Source: Eledone cirrhosa (taxonomy: Eukaryota). Taken from it: a DNA stretch of 64,000 bases. The DNA lies in NCBI GenBank assembly GCA_964016885.1, contig OZ024742.1:289292001-289356000 (forward strand), written 5' to 3'. Below the pieces are notes generated by a model that saw only the letters and a list, made by a program, of their open reading frames with translations, did not search any database and was not told the origin of the DNA. Positions 41,301 through 52,564 of this stretch are shown here, in pieces (within the stretch, counting starts at the first letter, position 1; each line of letters starts with the position of its first letter). The position numbers were made by a program, and so were the translations under genes.

Positions 41301-42884
41301 TCTGGAGCCTTCCTCATTTCTAGTACCAAACCCATAGCCTCTGTGGATTCCGTCATAGCCGTCACAATGTTGACCAACGTGGCCATTTAGGTCGCCAGCA
41401 ATAATTATATAGTCACTGTCGGTTATTTGGGAGGTAGTGAGCATCAGTGTCTCATAGAATCTGTCTTTTATAGTGCCAGGCAGTCTGGATTGGGGCGCAT
41501 ATGCCGATATTACTGTCACAGTAGTTCTATTTAGAACAAGTCTTATTTTAATTATTCTGTCATTTACTCTATTTACATCTATTATCTTATCCACCCATTT
41601 TTCTGCTAACATGATTCCTACCCCACCTATCTCATTGTCATTTCCCACCCAGAAAAGCTTATAGCAACGTTTTTTACCCACAATGAATCTAGCAGACCCG
41701 CCCCTCCACCTGGTCTCTTGGATACAGCAAACATCAACCTCCTTACGTTCAAGCATTTCTACAACCTCGTTAGAGCGGCCTTTTAAGGTGCCTACATTTA
41801 TGGTACCAACTCTGAAGTTTTGGATTTTGTTTGGAGGATGGGGCGCAGGGATGGGTGAGGGGGATGGGGTTGGGGTTATGTTGGCCATCCGCGGCCGAAA
41901 CAAAGAGGATGGGGCCTTGCCCTTTCGTCCGGCAGCATGAAGTGAATTTGTCGTTATCTTTGGCATTGTCATCGAGTGTCCAGATTCTTCAGACTCTCCA
42001 GAAATTCCTTAGTCCATCCATCATATCGAAAAGCAGCCAGAAGTGATAGCATAGGCCTTTGACTTGTGATTGGTCCAAATAATAAGGTGGAGAGTGGGGG
42101 GCGGGGGGGAGGGGTATGGGGTAGTTAGCAAAGAGAAGATTATTTAGAACAAATGGGGTAGTTAGCAAAGAGAAGATTATTTAGAACAAATAGGGTAGTT
42201 AGCGAGAGGTTTTAAATGAAATCTTCGAATTTTGGGGGGCATAATTGGGGAAGCATATAACAGTAATAATAAGCGAATAATGGGGTTTTAAAATACAAGA
42301 AGATTATTTAGAAACAACCAGACAGAATTATAGAATAGCATTGAGAGAGAGCAAAGATTGGATTTTGGGCGATAATACGGATATATGAATGAATGGACCG
42401 ATAGCAAAGAGAAGATTATTTAGAACAATATGAATGAATGGACCGATAGGCTGGAGAGAGATAAGAAAGAAAAATGGCATTTACATTATACTTCGCAGCG
42501 ACGAGGTCTGATCATTTTTAAGCGTTGACAAATTCTGAGATTCGTACCCCACAACAGGTTTATTTATATTTGGAGAGAGAAGGGAGTGATTGAAAGGGTG
42601 AGCTAGCCAGCGCATAATACAATATAGTGGGACGGGGGGTAAAGGATAAGAGGGACAATGAGGCCATATTATAAATCCTAGCATTTTTCGGCCAAAATTT
42701 AAACAAACAAGTTTGTTATTTTAGAAAAGCAAAGAGAAGATTATTTAGAACAAATGGGGTAGTTAGCGAGAGGTTTTAAATGAAATCTTCGAATTTTGGG
42801 GGTCATAATTGGGGAAGCATATAACAGTAATAATGGGGTTTTAAAATACAAGAAGATTATTTAGAAACAACCAGACAGAATTAT
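38398..42884 (-). mobile_element. Near full-length RTE LINE (repetitive 5'UTR, APE endonuclease, RT, PHD finger, 3'UTR, (GAT)n tail) with frameshifts
   Basis: ORFs 41175-41972 (GTINV, CCIQETRW, SAYAP, AGDLNGHVG), 40433-41170, 39742-40512, 38786-39778; YADD mutated to NVDD. Confidence 0.95.
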
Positions 42885-43870
42885 CACTATTTGACAAACA
42901 CTTTTGTAAGCTAGCATAGGTTGGATGGGTCTTTTTCAGCATGGATTTTCTGCACTCATCTCTTCTGTGAGCTTCAGTAGATTTTAAATCAACTCTCACC
43001 AGGTCTTCTTTGGTCTTCCTCTACCACAGCATCCTATCACTGAGATTTCTTGGCTCTTCTTCACCCAGAAATCATCATCCATACTCATCAAATGTCCATA
43101 CCTCATATACTAGTATTTTTCTCTCAGTTCATCTGTGCTTCATTGTTCATACATATTAACATTGCACATCCATTAAAGCATGTTCACTTCATGTCTCACT
43201 ACCATACAGCATTGCACACACACAGGCATCATACAACCGGTCATAGAAGGAAGCCTTTTATTGTCAATAGAGATAGTAGTAGCTCCATGATCTGTTTCAA
43301 TCCTGTTTTTATTCTGGCCACAAGTTTGTAGTAAGGTTAGTAAGATCTTCCAATTATTCTCTATATCATATGCATCTAACTTTTTTCATTATGTACATCA
43401 TGTAGAGGTTATATGAACCTATATTTAGCAGAAAAGTCCTTTAGCTTCCATACTTTCCCCCTTTCAGATTTTCCTACATTTCTTGCTCTGTATTCTTGTG
43501 CTTATTCTGATGTCAGTAATAACCAACTTATGTGGGACAGTGCATTCTTTTCCAGGGAAGGACTTAACATTCATAACTACCTATCTATATTGTTTTCTAA
43601 CAAGTAAAATCTCAATCTGGCTTGGGTGTTCACCTGACTGGTAGGTGATCAGTCAGGTGGCAGGCCAGTTTCCTGAAGTTAGTGTTACAAAAGTTCATTT
43701 GCATCACAGAATTCTAGGAGCATTGCCCCACTCTTCGTTTCTTGAGCCATAGCTCATTTCTTGGTGCAAAGTTAGAAATAGATGTCATCCTTCTATAACC
43801 ATCTGTCTATCTTGTTTTCTAACAGGTAAGAAGTTAATCTGGCTTGCATGCTCACCTGATTGGTAGGTGA
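42885..43870 (-). mobile_element. Old, heavily deleted RTE remnant
   Basis: 3' tail motif (AGCTAGCATAGGTTGGATGGG) and scattered RT/endonuclease homology to the young copies. Confidence 0.65.
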
Positions 43871-44020
43871 TGTATAAATATATGTGTGTGTGTTTTCTGT
43901 TATTTTCTGCAATTGGGATTCCTACATTTTCTATGAATTTCAAAACTACCCAGCGCTTTGATAATTTATATATACAAATGTTGTTTACACCCAAATGGTG
44001 TTTGTATAACTTACTATTTC

Positions 44021-46590
44021 AGACAGAAGTTGTTGTTGTTGTCGGAGGTTGTCTAGCTCAATGGCTAGAGCACTCAGACAGAAGTTGTTGTTGTCAGAGG
44101 TTGTTTAGTTCAATGGCTAGGGCACTCAGACAGAAGTTGTTGTTGTCAGAGGTTGTTTAGTTCAATGGCTAGGGCACTCAGACAGAAGTTGTTGTTGTCA
44201 GAGGTTGTTTAGCTCAATGGCTAGAGCACTCAGACAGAAGTTGTTGTTGTCAGAGGTTGTTTAGTTCAATGGCTAGAGCACTCAGACAGAAGTTGTTGTT
44301 GTCAGAGGTTGTTTAGTTCAATGGCTAGAGCACTCAGACAGAAGTTGTTGTTGTCAGAGGTTGTTTAGTTCAATGGCTAGAGCACTCAGACAGAAGTTGT
44401 TGTTGTCAGAGGTTGTTTAGTTCAATGGCTAGAGCACTCAGACAGAAGTTGTTATTGTCAGAGGTTGTTTAGCTCAATGACTAGAGCACTCAGACAGAAG
44501 TTGTTGTTGTCAGAGGTTGTTTAGCTCAATGGCTAGAGCACTCAGACAGAAGTTGTTCTTGTCAGAGGTTGTTTAGTTCAATGGCTAGAGCACTCAGACA
44601 GAAGTTGTTGTTGTCAGAGGTTGTCTAGCTCAATGGCTAGAGCACTCAGACAGAAGTTGTTATTGTCAGAGGTTGTTTAGCTCAAAGGCTAGAGCACTCA
44701 GACAGAAGTTGTTGTTGTCAGAGGTTGTTTAGCTCAATGGCTAGAGCACTCAGACAGAAGTTGTTGTTGTTGGAGGTTGTTTAGCTCAATGGCTAGAGCA
44801 CGCAGACAGAAGTTGTTGTTGTCAGAGGTTGTTTAGTTCAATGGCTAGAGCACTCAGACAGAAGTTGTTGTTGTCAGAGGTTGTCTAGCTCAATGGCTAG
44901 AGCACTCAGACAGAAGTTGTTGTCGTCAGAGGTTGTTTAGTGCACTCAGACAGAAGTTGTTGTTGTCAGAGGTTGTTTAGTGCACTCAGACAGAAGTTGT
45001 TGTTGTCAGAGGTTGTTTAGTGCACTCAGACAGAAGTTGTTGTTGTCAGAGGTTGTTTAGTTCAATGGCTAGAGCACTCAGACAGAAGTTGTTGTCAGAG
45101 GTTGTTTAGCTCAATGGCTAGAGCACTCAGACAGAAGTTGTTGTTGTCAGAGGTTGTTTAGTTCAATGGCTAGAGCACTCAGACAGAAGTTGTTGTTGTC
45201 AGAGGTTGTTTAGTTCAATGGCTAGAGCACTCAGACAGAAGTTGTTGTTGTCAGAGGTTGTTTAGTTCAATGGCTAGAGCACTCAGACAGAAGTTGTTGT
45301 AGTCGGAGGTTGTCTAGCTCAATGGCTAGAGCACTCAGACAGAAGTTGTTGTTGTCAGAGGTTGTTTAGTTCAATGGCTAGAGCACTCAGACAGAAGTTG
45401 TTGTTGTCGGAGGTTGTCTAGCTCAATGGTTAGAGCACTCAGACAGAAGTTGTTGTTGTCAGAGGTTGTTTAGTTCAATGGCTAGAGCACTCAGACAGAA
45501 GTTGTTGTTGTCGGAGGTTGTCTAGCTCAATGGCTAGAGCACTCAGACAGAAGTTGTTGTTGTCAGAGGTTGTTTAGCTCAATGGCTAGAGCACTCAGAC
45601 AGAAGTTGTTGTTGTCAGAGGTTGTTTAGTTCAATGGCTAGAGCACTCAGACAGAAGTTGTTGTTGTCAGAGGTTGTTTAGTTCAATGGCTAGAGCACTC
45701 AGACAGAAGTTGTTGTTGTCGGAGGTTGTCTAGCTCAATGGCTAGAGCACTCAGACAGAAGTTGTTCTTGTCAGAGGTTGTTTAGCTCAATGGCTAGAGC
45801 ACTCAGACAGAAGTTGTTGTTGTCGGAGGTTGTCTAGCTCAATGGCTAGAGCACTCAGACAGAAGTTGTTGTTGTCGGAGGTTGTCTAGCTCAATGGCTA
45901 GAGCACTCAGACAGAAGTTGTTGTTGTCGGAGGTTGTCTAGCTCAATGGCTAGAGCACTCAGACAGAAGTTGTTGTTGTCGGAGGTTGTCTAGCTCAATG
46001 GCTAGAGCACTCAGACAGAAGTTGTTGTTGTCAAAGGTTGTCTAGCTCAATGGTTAGAGCACTCAGACAGAAGTTGTTGTTGTCGGAGGTTGTCTAGCTC
46101 AATGGCTAGAGCACTCAGACAGAAGTTGTTGTTGTCGGAGGTTGTCTAGCTCAATGGCTAGAGCACTCAGACAGAAGTTGTTGTTGTCAGAGGTTGTCTA
46201 GCTCAATGGCTAGAGCACTCAGACAGAAGTTGTTGTTGTCGGAGGTTGTCTAGCTCAATGGTTAGAGCACTCAGACAGAAGTTGTTGTTGTCGGAGGTTG
46301 TCTAGCTCAATGGCTAGAGCACTCAGACAGAAGTTGTTGTTGTCGGAGGTTGTCTAGCTCAATGGTTAGAGCACTCAGACAGAAGTTGTTGTTGTCGGAG
46401 GTTGTCTAGCTCAATGGCTAGAGCACTCAGACAGAAGTTGTTGTTGTTTAGTTCAATGGTTAGAGCACTCAGACAGAAGTTGTTGTCAGAGGTTGTTTAG
46501 TTCAATGGCTAGAGCACTCAGACAGAAGTTGTTGTCAGAGGTTGTTTAGTTCAATGGCTAGAGAACTTAGTCAGTTGTTCTCAGAAGTTG
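44021..46590 (+). repeat. 52-bp tandem satellite, ~50 units, containing a tRNA 5'-half-like segment
   Basis: Unit AGACAGAAGTTGTTGTTGTC(A/G)GAGGTTGT(T/C)TAG(T/C)TCAATGGCTAGAGCACTC; period measured 44076 to 44128; three 40-bp deletion units near 44930-45040. Confidence 0.95.
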
Positions 46591-47903
46591 TAATAATTCT
46601 ATAGTGCCAAAAAGGATTACCTCTAAAGTAGCCTTTCGTAAACTGTTATTTCAGGATCATCCTCATTGTGTGATATATTGGTAGTTCATTTGATATATAC
46701 ACAATATACACTATAGTTAGGTATATTGGTATTTCATTTGATATATATACAAAATGTACACCATTCTTTCTTATTTTGGATTTCTCCTGAATTCCCTCCA
46801 TGAGAAAATCATGGCACTAACTCTATGTTCAATGATTCTGCACTGGCTCAACTTTAAATATTCTTATCTGTTGACCCCACCTTACTAAGTACAAGGAAAT
46901 ATGTATATGAATATAGAGATATGTAAAATCCCGACAGCAGATAAATATATAAATATTGAGAGAGAGTGAGAGGGAGAGGGAATCTAGATAAGTGGATTTA
47001 ACACATCTCTGCCAGACACATTCTTACATAGATAGGATTAATTCCTTGTCTTTCAGTAGATATCGGGTATGTAGTCTGTGATGTTATGGTGATCTCTTTC
47101 TATAGATATAGGATACAAGCAGAAAACTGCTGATGGATATGTGTGTGTTTTGTAAGAAAAGGGAAAACAACATTTTTTTACATGCAAATAATATGGACCC
47201 ACCAACATAGTTCATGTTGTGGTTTATTTTATTTAATATGACATTTATTCTCTTCAAAATGGTGACAGCCGACTTAATTAAGCAAAGATGGGATATAAAC
47301 AAGTAATAATCAAGGGCGAGGCATGGTTGAAATAACCCAGCACAGAGCCTTCGATGAGATTCAAACCGTCACCAATTTACAAATAGTTTTTCTTTTTTTT
47401 TCTTGACTCTCAAGAGGCATACTTTTATTTAAAAGGCAAAATTTCTCTCCTGACAGGAAAATTATATAAACTTGCAACAACATATTTTATTTTGTGGTTT
47501 AATGCATGTATGGACCTGTAACTCCTAAGGGAGTTGTGGGGGTGCCATATTGACATACAGCATTTCTAGGGCATTTTTTAAAAAAACATGTCTGAGCCCA
47601 TCTCCTCTCCAGGTTACTTTTATACTTAAGTTCAAAAGCCATCTGGACACACATACAGAAATTCTCCTTTATCATTTACAGATGTCATAAGTCTCACTGA
47701 TGGTGAACACTTCAGTGATATAGGGTATGGGGTCAATGATGTTATGGTAGAGATTATCATTCCATGAAGAAGAATGCACACTTAATTGAGGAATGTTGCT
47801 GGGACTATGTGTAGGAGAAATGATTGTTGTGAATTCAGGACAGTCTATTTAGTGCTCTTATGTATGTATGCTTGTGTGTATGTGTGTATCGCCATTACTC
47901 CGT

Positions 47904-47951
<48 letters not shown>

Positions 47952-48469
47952 CACACCCACTTATTTTTTTGTTTACTGGAGAACTGACATTTAAAGGGCA
48001 GCTTACTATAAAACATTTGCTAGTTGTTGTTTAAGCCCATATTAGCCCTTATTCAGTAGCTCAATCATCCAAGGTGCTCCAACTGACCATCTCGTCTTTT
48101 TGTATATTAGGGACTATATTGAATAATAACATGTTCTTTATTTTGCCCTTTTGTAATTGTATTTCTAATGAAATACATTCTTTCAATTAATTAACGAACA
48201 ATTTTGGTGAATTAACTAAAATTATTAATTATTTCATATGGTACTTGTATGAGAATATGATGGAAGTTTTAAATTTAAACAGGAACCCTTTAAAATGGGT
48301 GGTTTTGTTTCAGAGGTTAGAGTAGTCAACCAGATTCTGGAAAATATGAAGTTCAATTCTTTGTAATGACTACTGGCAACTTTTTTCCATCCATAGGCTA
48401 ATTTTTATAGCAACTGACTATTTACAGTTATTTAGCATCTGAGTTTCTTAGATTTTCTATGAGCTTCAT

Positions 48470-48750
48470 ATCATCACCATTTTCCATGCTAGCATGGATT
48501 AGATAAGCTGTCCACATGTGAGACAAGCCAAGTCAGATGATCGTGTTTTGCTCACACAGAACTGATTTTGGCTTGGTTTCTACGACTGGATGCCTTTCCT
48601 AATGCCAACCACATTTACAGTGTGGACTAGGTGCTTTTTGTCGTGAAGCTACACAACCCCTTTACAGTGTGGGCTGGGTACTTTTTGGTGTGACACCTAC
48701 ATGACCATTTTATAGTGTGGGCTGGGTGCTTTTTGTCGTGGTGTCTGTGA
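48470..48750 (-). mobile_element. RTE 3'UTR fragment with internal ~50-bp repeats
   Basis: TTTACAGTGTGG..GGTGCTTTTTG-like unit x3; tail motif. Confidence 0.7.
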
Positions 48751-49406
48751 ATGTGTGTAATCATAATTATTTTTACTGTAGTATAATACACCTTTCATTG
48801 TTATATGTGTGTTATGTGTATGAATGTATTTGTGAATAAATGCCTGTGTATCTCTCTCTATTCATGTAATTATCTTTATCAATTAATGTGCATGTAATTA
48901 CAACAATTAATAATTACATATTATGTAAATTTAATTTTCAAGTAATATAATGGTTGTGACAGTAATGGTAGTGACTGTTGTGGTGTTGGTGGTAGTAACA
49001 GCAACAGTTGATGTTGTTGTTATGGTGGTGGTGGTGGTGATGTCAGTGGCGGCAGTGGTGGTGGTCACAACTGGAGTATTTTAAAGTCTGTTAATACTTT
49101 CAGACTTTATTAACTATATTTGTGATACAGTAACCATTGTCACTGACTGCCATTGTTGTAAATGCAACTATAAGTATGTCACTTATGAATGTTATAACCA
49201 CAATTAGAACCACCGCCACAACACCACCACCACCACCATCATATGTTGTGAATATTATAGCCACAATTACCATGACCACCACCATCACCACCACCTCCAT
49301 ATTTTGTAAATATAGTAACAATTACTTTAACCATATGTTGTGATTATTATGGTAACAATCATCAACACCAACTCCATGTGTTGGGAAAATTATAGAAACA
49401 ATTATA

Positions 49407-50397
49407 CTGGCAGAATCGGTAGAGCATTGGACACCATGCTTTGCAGCATAGAGTTATGGTCCTTTATGGTCTGAGTTCAAATCCCTCCGAGGTAAACTAT
49501 GCCTTTCATCCTCGCGGGGTTGATAAAAGGAAGCACCAGTAACGTACTGGGGTCGATTTAACCGACCCCCCCCCACCCAAACTACTAGCCTTGTGCCTAT
49601 AGTATTATTATTGGTGAATTGGCAGTATCGGTAGAGGGTTGGACACCATGCTTTCCAGCATAGTTACGTCCCTTTACGATCCGAGTTCAAATCCTGTTGA
49701 GGTTAACTTTGCCTTTCATCCTTACGGGGTCAATAAAATAAAGTACCAGTAATGTACTGGGTAATTGCTGGCCTTGTGCCAAAAGTAGAAACAATTATTA
49801 TTATTATTGATGGAAAAGCAGTAGATTGGTAGTTATTAGATCATTGGACAAAATACCTTGTGGCATTTAAGTTATGGCCCTTTGCTATTGGCTCTCGAAT
49901 ATTGCCCCTCCCCCCACACACACACTTATTAAATTTTGCTAATATCTATCTCTGGCAAAATTTTATTTTAAGTGGTAATATTCCTATGACAATTAATTTT
50001 CTTTAGACATTAAAAAACATTATACATGACAAAAAAAGTACATTACTAAAAATCCCATAGATTATAAAATAAATACGATGGGTTGGGGTCTCAATATGAA
50101 AACTAAATGACTAATTCTGGTTTTCTAAAATGTCAACAGAGACAACCTAGAAAAATTACTGATTTTCCAAACCCATCCACCCGTTTATTCCATCCCACCC
50201 CCAGTTTATCCCAACCCCCTGTATTATTTAGGACCTGAGAGTACTTTCTGAGTTCAAATCACCTTGAAGTTGAATTTGCTTTCCATCCTTTTGTAGTTGA
50301 TAAAATGAGTATCAGTCATGTAGTGGGGGTCAATGTAATCGACTTTCCCCTCTCCACAAATTATTGACTTTGCGCCTAAATTAGAAACCATTATTAT
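49407..50397 (+). mobile_element. Three tandem Nin/Deu-like SINEs, the third split by a MITE (49893-50243)
   Basis: SINE 5' part ends ~49890 and resumes at TTCTGAGTTCAAATC 50246. Confidence 0.75.
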
Positions 50398-50529
50398 AGT
50401 ACTAATCAGTTGTGTCAATGATGTGTCAACTTCTCTAGTGCTGGTGCTATGATAAAATACACCCAGTACACTCTGTAAAGTGGTTGGTAATAGAAAGGGC
50501 ATCCAGCTGTAGAGACCATACCAAAACCA

Positions 50530-50872
50530 GAGTGAGACTTACTTACATTAAGTCATTGAACTGTTTTAGATAATTGAGTTAGTCTATTGAGTGAGACTTA
50601 CTACATTCATTGAGTCAGTGAGCTAGTAGGTCAGTTGAGTGTAGTCATTAAGTGAGATTTTCGGTCATTGAGTCAGTGAACTATTCTAGTCAGTTGAGTG
50701 TAGTCATTAAGTGAGACTTACATTCATTGAGTCAGTGAACTATTCTAGTCAGTTGAGTGTAGTCATTAAGTGAGACTTACTGTCATTGAGTCAGTTGAGT
50801 GTAGTCATTGAGACTTATGGTCATTGAGTCAGTGAACTATTCTAGTCGGTTGAGTGTAGTCATTGAGTGAGG
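50530..50872 (+). repeat. ~60-bp minisatellite, 5-6 diverged units
   Basis: TCATTGAGTCAGTGAACTATTCTAGTCAGTTGAGTGTAGTCATTAAGTGAGACTTAC repeated. Confidence 0.85.
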
Positions 50873-51201
50873 CTTCAATTCAGTGACCTCAAAAGCTACC
50901 CTCAGTTTCCTCAAACTCTACTAAACTACAGTTCCAATATGCTTCTATTCTCCACCAAACAAGAAAATGTCACAATTTGTTATATTTTGTGACTCAATAC
51001 TACTTCTTGTTTGACCTGGATTTCAAGTATCTCTTAGTCACGCCATTTACTTTACTAAATTTTAATATCTTCCTCCAAATAATTGAATAGAGTATGACTG
51101 GTGTAAATAATCCTTTCTTTATTTCAAATCTCTTTCATCCTTCATGGTCTTAAATTTCTTGAAATCTATTTTAACCTTTCACACTCCTATTATGTTGTCC
51201 A

Positions 51202-51389
51202 GAGGATTGGCAGTACCAGTAGAGGGTCGGACGCCATGCTTTGACGCATAGAGTTACGGCCCTTGCCATTCTGAGTTCAAATCCCGCCGAGGTTAACTTT
51301 GCCTTTCATCCTTTCGGGGTCGATAAAATAAAGTACCAGTAATACACTGGGTTAATTGCTGGCCTTGTGCCAAAAGTAGAAACAATTAT
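51202..51389 (+). mobile_element. Nin/Deu-like tRNA SINE, intact
   Basis: A and B boxes, central domain, tail. Confidence 0.9.
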
Positions 51390-51625
51390 GTTGTCCACTG
51401 TTGACTAGCTCTTATTGTTATTGTAAAAAAATCCCATGTTATTATTCTTTTATTCTTTACTGGCTTCAGTTGTTAGACTGCGGCCATGTTGGGACACTGT
51501 CTTGAAGCGAATTAGTTTATCATATCAGCCCCAGTACTTATTTTTAAAGTCTGGTCCATTTGTCTGGTCTATTTGTCAAAGTGTTAAATGATGTGACTTA
51601 AACTCAGACACAAACACAAAGGTAA

Positions 51626-51666
<41 letters not shown>

Positions 51667-52102
51667 ATGGGCTGCTGCAGTTTCTGTCAACAAACTTTCC
51701 CTCACATCCTGATCAACTCAAGGCTATAGCAGAAGACATTTGCTTAAAGTGCCATGCAGTGGGAATGAATCGGAAACCATATAGTTGTTAAATGAACACC
51801 TTAATTTCAAAGCTTTGCCTGTATCTTCTCTTCTCTGCTTCTTTTCGGCAGAGCTGTTCTGCTAGAGAAAGGCTCACAGGTGGCGGATAGCAATATGGCC
51901 ACCAGGCATGATGGTTATTTGCGATATATAAGCGGACTCCTGCCAGACGAATGAACAACCTCGGGTCAACAGTAGTAAACTACTTGAGAAGATGGTGCAA
52001 TTGGTGACGCCTGTAGCTCCCAAGAAAACTTTCACAACCCAGCTAGGATGAGGCGAGTAAAGGCGACTCTAAAAAAAGCCAGTACCTATAATATTAATTA
52101 TA

Positions 52103-52318
52103 TTAACCCTTTAGCATTTACATTACTCTATATAAACTATTGTATTATTGTGGTAAAGGCTTTACCTCACATAATTATCTCACATAATATCGAATCAATG
52201 AGATTTTGATATTTATTTCGAGAACAATACCTTAACACCAGTAAGAGCGGCCAATTTGAACAGAAAGAGGTGAGAGAATTCTGGCCGGATATGGGTGGTT
52301 TAAATGCTAAAGGGTTAA
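52103..52318 (+). mobile_element. piggyBac-type MITE
   Basis: TTAA-CCCTTTAGCATTTA ... TAAATGCTAAAGGG-TTAA. Confidence 0.9.
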
Positions 52319-52564
52319 ACAATATAATCTTTCATACTTCAAACAACCTATTTATTTGTTTACTGGCTAAAGAGTGAAATTTATAGTTGATTTTGCGACA
52401 TCATCCTATTGGTGAATAAAATAGAAACATGAAAGTTGAGTAGTGACTCACCAAGACTCAGCTTTGTATAAATATTATTCTATTTTACCTCACCATATTC
52501 AGTTTTCTTTTCATTGAATTGCATTCATACATGTCTGATACTATTCATTTATGAATATATATAT

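Noticed and set aside
44021-46590. CRISPR array or tRNA gene cluster
   Set aside because: No unique spacers, no cas genes, eukaryotic context; units lack the T arm, B box and 3' acceptor strand.
46655-46680. Possible micro-exon after TTTCAG (DHPHC...)
   Set aside because: Weak donor and too short to support without RNA data.
51880-52000. HDV-like ribozyme
   Set aside because: Could not assemble P1-P4 with the nested pseudoknot by eye.
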